From positions 65,186,928-65,250,927 of the forward strand of contig NC_068982.1 of NCBI RefSeq assembly GCF_001194135.2: a DNA stretch of 64,000 nt, read 5' to 3'. The DNA comes from Octopus bimaculoides (lineage: Eukaryota). A program made the translations under genes and the position numbers. This document shows positions 1-13,142 of the stretch, one piece after another (position 1 is the stretch's first letter; every line of letters starts with the position of its first letter). The notes beneath the pieces are model-generated. The model worked only from the letters and a program-made list of their open reading frames with translations, was not told where the DNA came from and ran no database searches.

Positions 1-594
1 CCTGCATGGTCACAGCTCACTGGCTGGAATCAGTAAAAGAATACTTTTGAAGTTGCCTGACTATTTGTGATCAGATGTATTCGTAAGGAAATAATCATTC
101 TATTGATCTTAAGATGTAGGAGAATAGGAAAGTGGCATTCATGCCTTTCTCAAGAGTGTTAGTGAGAATGAAACTTGGATAATTAGTTTGAATGTTTACC
201 CTCTGTTATGAGCACACACCAACTCATCTATAGGATAGAATAAATCTAACACGACACAATTGGTAGATTATCAGAGAAAATGGTTCGTAGTATGTAGTTA
301 TCACTTTGTGAGAATTGTTGTTGCTTTATTTATTGATTATGTTCTTGGTTTGATTTTACCAAAGATCAACTTCACCTTCCATTCTTTCAAGATTGATAAA
401 GTACAAGCCAAGCACTGGAATTAATATAATCAACTGAATTCCTCCATTCAGAATTGTTACTCTTGTGCCTAAGAAACAATAATTAATTAAGAATGAAGGC
501 AGTGGTGAATGACAGATTTTTAAAATACCTTTTATTCATAAATCTGCTTTAGCAGAGGTAACCTGGGCTTAATGGCTTGCCTCGATATTTCTAG

Positions 595-707
595 GTTTGG
601 ACGTATTTCAAGTACAATTTCATCTCAAGCTTAGCCAATGCTGCTCACAAACTATAATGAAGTGTTTAAAGAGGCTTTCTTCTCGGGGCCTTTATGAACC
701 TAAATAG
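595..707 (+). CDS. Candidate terminal coding exon, unidentified protein (low confidence)
   Basis: Branch-like cttaat, then tttctag|G acceptor at 593-594. One frame reads LDVFQVQFHLKLSQCCSQTIMKCLKRLSSRGLYEPK* (stop 705-707); another reads VWTYFKYNFISSLANAAHKL*. AATAAA at 852-857. No homolog recognised. Confidence 0.2.
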
Positions 708-1000
708 GTTTTTGGTTTTTGTATATTGCACTTAGTACTGGTATGAGTAGCTACTGTTCATGTCATGAAGTATCTCCAGCTGCCATTATAATCATTTATG
801 GTAAAAATTTCTTTGTATTTATAATGTACACGTTGTTCATTTACTGTTATAAATAAATGAACATGCCATGTTGCTGGTTCCCTTATCTAACATATTTCCC
901 AGCTGTGTTTGACCGTCGCACTTTTTTTTGACTAATTGTATCAGGCTTTTTTTCTTAATATATAAAATAAAACCCTCTCTATCAAAGTATGTGCGTATAC

Positions 1001-1038
<38 letters not shown>

Positions 1039-1799
1039 TCCTTATGATGCTATCAAGCAATTACAAGCTCTTTAATATATACACTTTCTGAAGACATATC
1101 TTCTTTGATGATAATTGTGATGGTATCATTACCATGCCAGATGTTTACCATTTTCATGGCACTGAACTTTAACCTTTCTTTGTTCTTTACTAAAGAGACA
1201 ATTGCAAATACAAATACAAAACAAAAATACTTTCTAAAGAACAAGAATAAAATAGATAATAAAATATTAGTTCTACAACAATAACAGCACATATCAGTAA
1301 AACATATGATATTAGGAAACAATATAGTAAAAATTCATTATAATATAAGTGGCAATGTATATGAGAAAAAAAAATGATAATTTGATATATATCTCTATAG
1401 CATAGTTGTAATTTCTTCCAGATTTTCAATTGGAAGAAACCAGTTCCTTTTAAGGAAGCCGTAAATATTATTATTGGTACTAAAAACTATTGAATGAAGA
1501 ACAGATGGGGGTTGGGGGGATAAAACATTTTTATATGCAATTGTGTGCTTGTGTGTTATACCCACATGCAAATGCTTGTGCATACCTATGCATAACTCAT
1601 AGAAGTATATGCATGAGTGTGTATAAAACTTAGATTTCTCTTTCATACGTGTGTGTGTGAGGTGTGAGTGAGAGAGAGAGTGAGAGAAAGAGAGAGCAAA
1701 ACAAACAAAAATACATGTGTGTATATTAGTCACATAGCATGAGTAAATTGTAGACAAAAGTTCTTATCACTATGAGCCAATATGTAAAAATGTTTTCTT

Positions 1800-2010
1800 C
1801 ATTAATATATATATATACACATATATATTTTTTTCCCCTCCTTCTTTCTCTCCTTGTTTCTTTCTGTGTGTTCCTTTCTGTTGAAGAGCGTAGGCTCGAA
1901 ACGTTAAAGACTTTCTCTATTCCTGAGCGTTATACTAATACATCCATTTGTTGTTTACTCCACCTGTCTTCGTCTGTTGGTTTTTCGTGAATTCTCCTAT
2001 ATATATATAC
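1800..2010 (+). mobile_element. Penelope-like element (PLE) terminal-repeat remnant with a hammerhead-like motif
   Basis: Contains ctgttgaagagcgtaggctcgaaacgtt, matching the CTGANGA-hairpin-CGAAACGT signature of PLE termini. Flanked by (TA)n. Boundaries approximate. Confidence 0.55.
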
Positions 2011-3298
2011 ATATGTGTGTATATATATATATATATATGTATATGTCACGAGTGGACGGCCATCATATAGATATGTATATATATGTGTGTGATCTAAACC
2101 CCGATATTTTGTGTGTATGTGTGTGTGTATATATATATATATAAGTAAATAGTAATATTGTAACCTCATGACAGATTCATGCTAAATATGAAAAGGCTTA
2201 TTTAGCAATCATCGGACTGAGGTGAATGGAAAATCTTTCTATTCATGTTCTTGGTTCTGATAGTTTAAACACTAAGGGCATGTGATACATGGTCTTAATT
2301 ACTAATGAACTGAAATTCTGTATAGGGATAAAAAGCGAGTAGGATTTGAAGTCAGAAAGTGAAGAGGATGTAATTGAATACTATAGAGTATTTTTGTCTG
2401 TTACTCTACTAATTTTGTCAATCCACTGCAATAAAAATAGTGAATGACTGTTATTTGAAAAGAGCTGTGCCAAGGAAGGACTAGCTATGAAGATGTTTGT
2501 TGTATTAGTAGAGCGTAAAGATAATCATTGGGAAAATCTTCAGTGTTATACGGTATATTGGTAGGATATAAAAGAAAAACCTCCTTCCTCTTAATTTAGG
2601 GAAACCAGTCTTATACTTATTTGACTAATTTATATTTACAAGCAAAGATGTATAACTATGTACACAGATATGTCAGCATTATCATTTACTCACGTTAAAA
2701 TAAATATGAATCATTAGAAAGTATTTTTTTATGAATAGTAGATATTTATGAATAATTTCTCTTTGTTTTTATAAAGTTTCAGGCTCTTTTGAGACAAATC
2801 GTCATTGCTTTTATATATCTTCTGATAACAGATTTTCAAAATACTAACACGCTTTTCCCTCTGCTGTTTTGAAAATATAATTATTATTATCATTATCATT
2901 TATTAAAGGGTGGCATATGTACTTAATGTCTTGCAGTATTTATTTCATTTTGCAATCTGAATTAATGATCCCATGACTACCAACTTTAATATTCATCCTT
3001 TTGGTGGGTGGGTAAAAAAAAAATAAATAAAGTTTTAGTCATACCTGGGACTGAGTTAATCAACTTTATTTTCATCCAAAGCAAACAACATTGTGCTAAA
3101 GTGAAGAATAATTCTCTGATCAGTTTTATTCACTGGACAGTGGTCATGCTAGTTCACTGTCATCAAAGATTTAATCAACTATATTGGCCCTTGTACTTAT
3201 TTCAGTCCGGTACTTAGTTTAGCAATCGCCATTTCCCTAAATTACAGGATATAAAGGGCTACATACATATACTGCACAGGTTTTTAGACTGCAAACAT

Positions 3299-3300
<2 letters not shown>

Positions 3301-3382
<82 letters not shown>

Positions 3383-3390
3383 ACACACAC
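3301..3390. repeat. (CA)n microsatellite
   Basis: Near-perfect AC dinucleotide run of about 90 bp. Confidence 0.98.
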
Positions 3391-3588
3391 GCACTCACAT
3401 ATCCACATAAACCACAGGCATGGCTGTGTAGTTAGGAGGTTTGCTTCGCAGCCATGTGGTCAGATTCGGTCCCACTGGGTGGCACCTTGAGCAAAGGTCT
3501 TCTACTATAACCCCATGCCAACCAATGTTTTGTGAGTTAATTTGTTAGATGTACAAAGCTTATCATGAATATTTGTGCGTGTGTGTGA

Positions 3589-3634
<46 letters not shown>

Positions 3635-4097
3635 ATGTTTACATTCTGCACTAAGATGAGATGTGGGCAGTAATGATTGTTGGTTTTCTGTCAACAAATT
3701 ATCTGCTAGTTCTGTGGTTTTAATGCTGAGTGACATGAAAACTCCAATTTGATAAACAAATAAAGGTTAGTGATAGGAGGAGCATAAAAATGTGGAACAA
3801 TACCTCAATAATACCTATTAGTTTAATCCATGCTAGCATGGAAAAAATAGGCATAAAGTGAATGATTGTTTCCATCTACTAAATTCTGCATATTGGTTAA
3901 CTTAAGACAATGGTAGAAAATACTTGCCCAAGATGTTGCATTAAAGGATTGAACTTGGAACTATGTGGTCATCTTCATCTTTAACTTGTTTCAGTTATTG
4001 AACAGCAGCCAACCTGGGGCACCACCTTCTTGAAGAGTCTGGCTGAACAAATCACCCACAGTAATTTCATTATTTAAATTTGATGTATATTCCATTA

Positions 4098-4342
4098 GTG
4101 GAGGCATGTGGCTTAAGTGTTAGGGTGTTAGGACTCATGATAGTAACGTTGTGGTTTCAATTCCAGGACCAGGTGATGCATTGTGTTCTTGAGCAAAACA
4201 TTTCATTTCATGTTGCTCCAGTTCACTCAGCTGGCAAAAGTGAGTAATGCTGCGACAGACTGGCAGCCTGTCAAGGTGGGGAATCACCATGGAAACAGAC
4301 CCTTATGAGTCTGCATGGCTCAAGAAGGTAACTGTTTTACTT
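4098..4342 (+). mobile_element. tRNA-derived SINE, family G (shared head and core, gactggc...gaaggtaactttac tail)
   Basis: Head gtggaggcatgtggcttaagtgttagg, core gtgttcttgagcaaaacatttcatttcatgttgctccagttcactcagctgg; colinear with the copy at 62504-62754. Confidence 0.8.
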
Positions 4343-4344
4343 AT

Positions 4345-4618
4345 TCTATTGGTGTCTTTTGCTGAACTGCTATTTGGACATAAACAAACCAACACTGGTT
4401 GTCAAGTGGTGGAGGTAGACAAATCCAAAACACATGCACACATATATAAACACACAAAATGGGCTTTAACACAGTTTCTATCTACTAAATTCATTATCAA
4501 GATATTAATCCTCAGGGCTATAATAGAAGATACTTGCCCAAGGTGCTGTGCAATGAGACTGAACCCCAAACCACATGGTTGCAAAGTGAGCTTCTTAACC
4601 ACACAGCCATTGCCTGTG
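4345..4618 (-). mobile_element. CORE-like SINE, family D (degraded)
   Basis: Reverse complement of head ggcaatggctgtgtggttaagaag and the gcaccttgggcaagtatcttct box shared with 41451-41812. Confidence 0.75.
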
Positions 4619-5460
4619 AAATACATATTATTTGAGGTTTTTTTATAATTGGAGAATCAGAACAGAATCTTACGTTTTTTTGTCAGTCAGGCAAACTGAG
4701 ACAAGCAGAGTTATGTGCCTCAACAAGGGTTAAGTACAATACTGGCAGTCACTGTGAACTCATAACCTTGTAGCCATTGAACTGTGCTGTACTATTACAA
4801 AAGTGAAAAAAACCCGTTTAGTTGCAGTGGGATTTCCCATATAGTCACATATAAATATAACAGACCTTTCTTAACAATGGGTTAATTCTATTGATGTCAC
4901 AGGAATTAAAGTATTTCAGAAGTAGTTTGCTGCTATAATATCATTGAAAATAAGAGAAAACAAAGAGTTCTGTCAGCTGCTGGAATCTTAAACAACTGCA
5001 AACAATAGAAACGAAAAATTGGGAAATTGGCTTTGTAGTTGCCTCTAGAGACAACATTTTTGTCAGATTTGACTTGAAAATCTAATAAATTGCTGCCTGT
5101 ATATTGTTCTTTGTAATGGATCTCCAATTTTTCTGTTTGTATTTACTGATATTTTTATCATCATCATTACCAACATCAGTATTATTGTTATCATCATCAT
5201 TATTATTATTGTAAAAGAAATCATAGTTATTGTAACTATTATTATTAATATTATTATTAAAGAAATAATAATTATTATTATTATTAAACTAGATATTGCA
5301 TTGTGCTTGAAATAACCTCGAGTCAGTCTTTTTGTTTATAAACGATTATTTTGAGATATTGTCTGATTCATACCTCGTCTATGACTCCCCTTGATTCAGG
5401 ACCATATGTTATAAAGATAACATCAAAAATGTCTACTGTGTGTGTGTGTCTGTATATATA

Positions 5461-5523
<63 letters not shown>

Positions 5524-6310
5524 GATGTTGGATACAGACTACTACTTACTACTAAACAAAAGTCAAGTACAGAATTAAAATATCAGTTCACATGTCTGCT
5601 ACCAGTCTCAGGCTGAAATACACATTGATGTCTGAAATAAAAACAAATCTGTTAGTTCGTATGTCTCACAAAAAAAAATGCTTATTAAATCAATGACATT
5701 GGTTTATTCGCTGGATTTAACACTAGAGTTTCTGTGAGTCTTCTTGCAAGGTGAGCTACCAATCTCCATTTGTCTTGCATTAGCCTCTTCCCTGCTGTTT
5801 GTGATTTACTAACTACTATTGGGGTGAACACAAAAATGCTTTCTAACATGGGGTAGATATATTTTCTTTAACTTTGTGTGCTATTTTAGTCTTTTGAAGA
5901 CAATATCTACTAATCTTTCTTTATAGAAGATGCCAGAATCATTTTTTTTCATGATATAAAAAGAATATGGTTGTCAATTTAAAATTCTGTAAATATTTTT
6001 CTGTTTGATTTTACATGTTTTTCCAAGTTAGCATGGGTTAGATGAATATATCATTAAAGCATTGTTTACCAGCCAGATGTTCTTTCTATCACTGACTTTT
6101 ATTTGTTTGAGTAAGGGATCTCTTATTTTACATGTCTTTGAAAGGAGCACAGCCAACAGAAGATTTACTGAAATGAGAATTTACATCATTGCTGATAGCT
6201 TGCAATGTTCAGAAATCTGAAAATGTAAACTCTAATGTGCATGTGCACACAGTCATGCATATGCATACACACACACACACACACACACACACATGCATAT
6301 ATATAAGGTA

Positions 6311-6700
6311 TAGGCATGGCTGTGTGGTAAGAAGTTTGCTACCCAACCACATGGTTTCAGATTCACTCCCATGGTGTGTCACGGTGTCTTCCACTATAGC
6401 CCTGGGCTAGATGGAAACTGAAAACGGCTTGCTTATATATGTGTGTGTCTGTGTCGCCTTCTCTTGGATATCACAAGATAGTTGCAAGTGAAAGTGAGTA
6501 TCGCTATCATACAAGCAGTGTCATTTGTTTCCAGTCTTCTATGACAACATGTTCAGTCAAGAAAATATTATCCTATTTGGAAACAATTGAGAACTGGTGA
6601 CAGAAAAGGTATCAGACCATAGAAAAATCTACCTTAACGAATTCTATTTAACCCATGCCAGCATGAAAAATTGAATATTAAAATGATGTGGATTATGATG
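6311..6700 (+). mobile_element. CORE-like SINE, D head with RTE-type (GAT)n tail (D2)
   Basis: D head (ggcatggctgtgtggtaagaag) followed by a different 3' region ending aacccatgccagcatgaaaaattgaatattaaaatgatg, the same tail type as family E. Confidence 0.7.
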
Positions 6701-7825
6701 ATTGGATAGGAAGCTAAAAAGCCTCCATCTATGAAATCTACTCACAAGGCCTTAGTTGACTGAAGCTTTAGTAAAAGACACTTGCCCAAGGGCTATGTAG
6801 TGAGGCTGAATCTGAAACCATCTGGTTGGGAGGCAAATTTCTTAGCCACACAACCATGAATGTATCTACGTTCTCTAATATTGGCCATAACAAAAGGTTT
6901 GGTTAAGAAGTAGCACCTAGTAGCTTTTAAGTTGTCAAACTGAGTTACGTTGGCAATTCCTACAGCTAGCTATTCATGCATGCATGTGTGTGTGTGTCAT
7001 CTGTCTGTCTTTCTGCCATCATCATCCTAATCATCATTTTACATCTCCTTTCTGTACTGGCTTGGGTTGTGGATAATTTCGGAGACTACATCTTGCTCCA
7101 CCATCTCTGTTTTGACTTGTTTGTACAGCTGGATGACCTTCCTAACAACATCAATCGCTTTTACAGTCCATCTTGGATGCATTTCACTGTGGCACCAGCA
7201 TTAGTGTGCTTGCCTTGTAACTCACAATGCTAAAAAAATGTCTAGACAACTGTAAGGAAGAATAGGAGAGAAAAAACAATGACTTTAGGCAAGGTATTAA
7301 GAGAAATATTAAAGTATAAATGGTAGGAAAAGATTTATTGTTGCACATACAAATATATTTAATCATTTTATGTTTCTTTTTCATGTTGAGATTGGTTAGA
7401 CAGTTTGACACGATCTCAGTCAGCTCTTATTTTGAATTATTGCCATCATAGATGGATCAAAAGATAACACACTGTTCAGACATTGGTTATATATCAATCA
7501 TTCTTACCTTCTCTTCTAAGATTGTGAGTAGTCATGTAGTTCCTCTACAACAAGAAGCCTGTTCTGCTCTCATACTTCTCTCATACTTTTACCCATCTCT
7601 CTCATCTCCTAGCATAAATCTGTGTTGTGACCTCTCTAATTCCAGTAGCATGAAAAAAAGTACCCTATTGTACACTGTAAGCTGGTTGGCATTAGGAAGG
7701 GCATCCAGCCATGGAAATCATACCAAAACAGACAATGGAGTACAGTGCAGTTTCTGGGCCCATAGGTTCCTGTCAAACCAGCCAACCCATGCCAGTATGG
7801 AATATGGATGTTAAATGATGATAAT

Positions 7826-7900
<75 letters not shown>
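7826..7900. repeat. (CT)n microsatellite running into an assembly gap
   Basis: Near-perfect CT run ending at the N-gap 7901-8519. Confidence 0.97.
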
Positions 7901-8519
7901 NNNNNNNNNNNNNNNNNNNNNNNNNNNNNNNNNNNNNNNNNNNNNNNNNNNNNNNNNNNNNNNNNNNNNNNNNNNNNNNNNNNNNNNNNNNNNNNNNNNN
8001 NNNNNNNNNNNNNNNNNNNNNNNNNNNNNNNNNNNNNNNNNNNNNNNNNNNNNNNNNNNNNNNNNNNNNNNNNNNNNNNNNNNNNNNNNNNNNNNNNNNN
8101 NNNNNNNNNNNNNNNNNNNNNNNNNNNNNNNNNNNNNNNNNNNNNNNNNNNNNNNNNNNNNNNNNNNNNNNNNNNNNNNNNNNNNNNNNNNNNNNNNNNN
8201 NNNNNNNNNNNNNNNNNNNNNNNNNNNNNNNNNNNNNNNNNNNNNNNNNNNNNNNNNNNNNNNNNNNNNNNNNNNNNNNNNNNNNNNNNNNNNNNNNNNN
8301 NNNNNNNNNNNNNNNNNNNNNNNNNNNNNNNNNNNNNNNNNNNNNNNNNNNNNNNNNNNNNNNNNNNNNNNNNNNNNNNNNNNNNNNNNNNNNNNNNNNN
8401 NNNNNNNNNNNNNNNNNNNNNNNNNNNNNNNNNNNNNNNNNNNNNNNNNNNNNNNNNNNNNNNNNNNNNNNNNNNNNNNNNNNNNNNNNNNNNNNNNNNN
8501 NNNNNNNNNNNNNNNNNNN
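7901..8519. other. Assembly gap, 619 N. Other gaps: 11706-12319, 17781-17880, 30630-31179, 31558-31567, 32196-32205, 32750-33129, 41029-41117, 42529-42777, 50559-50930, 52239-52328, 58013-58279, 63536-63721
   Basis: Runs of N in the sequence. Confidence 0.99.
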
Positions 8520-9601
8520 TATTTGACCTTTCCTAAGGTCTTTATCAAGCGAATTTAAATGTTTGTTAAACCTGTTTGATTTAAAGACCATTACCAGATT
8601 TGATTTATCTAAGATTTTAAACTCTTCATCAAAGCTAAGAACAATGTCTTGAGTTTTAGCAGGTTTTTTTTTTTTATCATCCATATATTTTTACTGAAGG
8701 TCAGGATTTCTTGTTTTCAGCCATTATAAATACTTTTACTAAAGATTATTAGTGGGTTTTTATTTAATTGAACTTGTTAAAGCTCATGCCCCAACATTTG
8801 ATGTTTTTGAAAGTTACAAACTTTGATTATCTGTTGTTTTACATTTGTTTCTGATAAAAAGAATCATACATTTTCAAATAAGCACTTGAATTCCCTACTC
8901 TATTTTAGTTCTCTCTTGTATTTTACTTTTTTGCTTTTACATGTTTCAGAGAAGGTACATGGCCTAGTGGTTAGGTTGTTCTACTCACAGTTGTAACATT
9001 GTGGTTTCAGTTCCTAGACACAAACACTTTTACATGGTGCCTGCATGAGCATTTTTTACATGACACTGGTACAGGACTCATTTAGGCCAATCTTCTTCAT
9101 TGAGGGGAATAACCTTAACTCTTTAACTGTGGAGGATGGGTCTTCTTGGGACTGAAGAAAATCTGCCTCGACAAATTCTGAGCTATGCAAGCATGGAACA
9201 GTGAATGGTAAAACAATGAATGATGATGACAAACATACATTAGCACTAGCTGTAGAATTTTATCTCAAAGAAACTTCTCTCTAGTGACTGTATGCAAAAC
9301 AAAAGCAGTTTGCTGTAATAATTTGTTTTTAACAGTTGCACTTGAAGTAGATAAAGTTATAGATTACAGCCTGTAAATATTGGGGTAAAAGACCATTTGG
9401 GTAGAAAAAGTCGTCTCCAAAAGGTTTTTAAATCCTGTTATTGCATATTATAGTTTATAGCATTATCTATTTTGAGTTCAACTGTTAAAAATAAATTATT
9501 ATGCGTTCTCTCAAAGTTTCTAAATTATTATGATGTAAGCAACAGTTTAATGTACTTTAAACTGATAGCTATTTAATATTTGTTGCTGAGATTATAGTGT
9601 T

Positions 9602-10443
9602 AGGTTTCAAAACATATTGTGACTAGATTATAACATTATACCACAAGCATTATTTTATTATAAAAAAAAAAAGTCACCATTCTTTTGGGTGTGCAGTGCA
9701 CCCTTTACACACTCAAAATATACACTCTTGATTATATTTCAAGAGTGCCTTCTGCATGAAGAACATATAGTTAAGTGCTAGCTGACATACTTGAAGTGAT
9801 GAGTCCAAAATGATTTTTAGTGGTGCATAGTGTTCTTCATCAAAATACTTCATCTCAAGTTGCACCATTCCACTCAACTGTAAATGAGTTCCAGCAAATC
9901 TGGGAAGTTTACCCAGCAACTGACTGGTGTCCTGTTCAGGAGGGATTGTTGTAATTTTTCACACAAAAGTCATGGAAACCTAGCTAAACTCTGGTCTTAT
10001 GAGTCTTAGGGTTCATGATAAATCTAAGTTAAAATCTTGTTTTGATTGTTGGACTGAGGCAATGCCACAGCAATGCCTTGTAGTGTTTAGTCAAGCAAAT
10101 TGACCCCAGTAGTTATTTTAGATCAGAAACTTATTCTATGAGTCTGTTTTTACAAAACCATTAAGTTTCTGGGGTATAAATACATCAATGTCAATATTCA
10201 GGGAGTGATAGGTAAAAAATGCATGCATGCAAGCACACACACACATGACAGATTCTGTCTTCCATATTCACCCACAAGGCATTGATCAGCCTGAAGCTAC
10301 AGTAGAAGACACTCCACCAAGGTGTCGTGCAGAGGGACTGGACCCCAAACCATGTGGTCACGAACCACACAATCATTGTTTTCAGTTTGTGAAAGTCATG
10401 AACATCATGTAAATTTAGTGTTTATTTCCTTTATAATTGAAGG

Positions 10444-10479
<36 letters not shown>

Positions 10480-10947
10480 GTTTGTGTTTGTGCATGCGTG
10501 TGTGTGTGCAGGTTTGTGTTTGTGCGTGTGTGTGTGTGTGTGTGTGTTTATGGTTAAGTGCTGACTATCATGTTTGAAGTGGTGAGCTGAAAATAATTTT
10601 TAATGAATTGCAATTATAATTGTAATGAGAAGCAAATTCATTAGCATTAATGAAAATTTCTCACAAAGGGACAAGAAATTTTCATTAATGCTAATGAATT
10701 TTCTTATTACAATTTTAATTTCACTTGATTAAAAATCATTTTTGACTCATCACTTCAAGTATGTCAGCTAGCACTTAACTATATGTTCTTCATGCAGAAG
10801 GGACCCTTGAAATATAATCAAGAGTGTATATTTTGAGTGTGTAAAGGGAGCACTGTACACCCAAAAGGATGGTGACCTTTTATATTTATAATAATATAAT
10901 TCTTGTGGTATCATGTTATAATCTAGTCACAATATGTTTTGAAACCT
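9602..10947. repeat. Long inverted repeat (218-bp arms 9602-9819 and 10730-10947) enclosing SINE relics and an inner hairpin; possibly a fold-back non-autonomous DNA transposon
   Basis: Manual ungapped alignment gives 12 mismatches in 218 bp. Perfect 28-bp inner stem at 10634-10661/10674-10701 with a 12-nt loop. Confidence 0.9.
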
Positions 10948-11420
10948 GTATAGTGGCTGGTATTAGGAAGAGCATCAAGCCATAAAAACCAAACCAAATC
11001 AGACTGGAACCTGGTGCAGCTCTTTGGCTTGCCAGCTCTAGTCAAATCGTCCAACCCATACCAGCATGGAAAACGGATGTTAATGATGATGTTGATGCTC
11101 TTCCTGATACCAACCCTAACTTGTTTCCAAGTAAGGTTAATTATTTTCCCATGGTCACAGAAGATTGAAAATGAAAATCAATGCTTGCAGGACAATGATG
11201 ATCATTTACAACTGTGTGATGTTAAGAAAAGAAGACAATATTATTATTGTGTTTATCTTAAACTTTCTCCTGCATATGCTCTGTATCTCATAACTAGTAA
11301 TACTATGAAGTAAAGTAGTTACTTAACCACTATACTGGTAGCAGACTGGAATATGATAATTTATGTGAAGTTCTAAACATAACAGTTTATTTGTATACAC
11401 AAAATATACTATATATATAT

Positions 11421-11594
11421 ATCATCATTATTATCATCATCATCATTGTTTAACGTCCGCTTTCCATGCTAGCATGGGTTGGACAATTTGACTGAGGACT
11501 GGCAAACCAGATGGCTGCACCAGGCTCCAATCTGATCTGGCAGAGTTTCTACAGCTGGATGCCCTTCCTAACGCAAAAACCACTCCGAGAGTGT
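11421..11594 (-). mobile_element. SINE family E, 3' part (RTE/Expander-like tail, (GAT)n end)
   Basis: Reverse complement reads ggaagggcatccagctgtagaaactctgccagatcagattggagcctgg...catggaaagcggacgttaaacaatgatgatg; near-identical to 36059-36201 and 38928-39232. Confidence 0.88.
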
Positions 11595-11601
11595 TGTAGT
11601 C

Positions 11602-11637
<36 letters not shown>

Positions 11638-13142
11638 CATACATACATATATACAAACTGAATCCATTAAGTTTTGTGAATGCTCCATGAAATCCACTGT
11701 CCTTTNNNNNNNNNNNNNNNNNNNNNNNNNNNNNNNNNNNNNNNNNNNNNNNNNNNNNNNNNNNNNNNNNNNNNNNNNNNNNNNNNNNNNNNNNNNNNNN
11801 NNNNNNNNNNNNNNNNNNNNNNNNNNNNNNNNNNNNNNNNNNNNNNNNNNNNNNNNNNNNNNNNNNNNNNNNNNNNNNNNNNNNNNNNNNNNNNNNNNNN
11901 NNNNNNNNNNNNNNNNNNNNNNNNNNNNNNNNNNNNNNNNNNNNNNNNNNNNNNNNNNNNNNNNNNNNNNNNNNNNNNNNNNNNNNNNNNNNNNNNNNNN
12001 NNNNNNNNNNNNNNNNNNNNNNNNNNNNNNNNNNNNNNNNNNNNNNNNNNNNNNNNNNNNNNNNNNNNNNNNNNNNNNNNNNNNNNNNNNNNNNNNNNNN
12101 NNNNNNNNNNNNNNNNNNNNNNNNNNNNNNNNNNNNNNNNNNNNNNNNNNNNNNNNNNNNNNNNNNNNNNNNNNNNNNNNNNNNNNNNNNNNNNNNNNNN
12201 NNNNNNNNNNNNNNNNNNNNNNNNNNNNNNNNNNNNNNNNNNNNNNNNNNNNNNNNNNNNNNNNNNNNNNNNNNNNNNNNNNNNNNNNNNNNNNNNNNNN
12301 NNNNNNNNNNNNNNNNNNNCACACACACACACACACACACGCACACTTTCTTTTTATGAATTGGATAGTTCTGCAAATTTTGATATTTACAGAAATTGTT
12401 AGAATATGTCTTGTGTTATCTAAGTTTCCTTTAAGACTCAGTAATCTGAAAAATTCAAGCCAAGGGACATAGCAGCACTAAGACTGCAGCGTAGCATAAT
12501 ATACAAAAAAAAAAAAAAAAAAATCATATCTAATCAAACACAGAGAAATCCTTGTATTTCTTTCTATTAGTAAACAGAAAGCAAAACAAATATAAGGGGA
12601 AAACTGATTTAATGTAAACATTCTTGTGAAAAATTAGACATTAAAATTGTACATAAAATATAACAAACCTCTATTTTGTTTTTCATTTATAGTTTTGTTA
12701 AAACATGATTTGTTTTTTTCTTTTTACAAATTAAGTTTTTTCCCCTGGAGTTTAATCAGCAGTCCTTGTCATTTGGTAGGCTGACATATTGATGTAATTA
12801 TGTGCTTTGGTTTAGATTCTTCTTGATTATTAAACATTTTCCAAACATGAAAAACAAATAATATTACTGTACAACTGTATTGACTGACTCTTGTTGAGCA
12901 ACAGATTTTTATGAGAGATTTTCAATTGGTGATGATAGTCTTATTAGTTTGATATCTTAACAACTGTGTAACTACTGTTCAACAACTAATTATTTATTTG
13001 AAGGTTATACATCACCAGAAATAGATACAGACAAATAGCAATTGTCATATTCTGACTAAGTTCACTGCATCTATCTCTACTGTGACTGCTACCAGAAACT
13101 AAAGGCAAGCTGATAGCAGCTGTTTCTCTCTTTCAAAACCTA

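Noticed and set aside
724-745. TATTGCAC, identical to the miR-92-family 5' end
   Set aside because: Only the seed matches, and there is no complementary upstream arm to form a pre-miRNA.
4933-5127. 64-aa minus-strand ORF and a neighbouring weak exon-like segment
   Set aside because: Expected by chance; weak donor (gtctgt) and no recognisable motif.
7773-8684. Long ORFs spanning N-gaps (also 11443-12472, 30430-31416, 32600-33313, 42184-42915, 50410-51148, 57838-58330, 63406-63771)
   Set aside because: Their length comes from X codons. The real parts are microsatellite or SINE sequence. The MDDKKKKPAKTQDIV start rests on a poly-T run and is unsupported.
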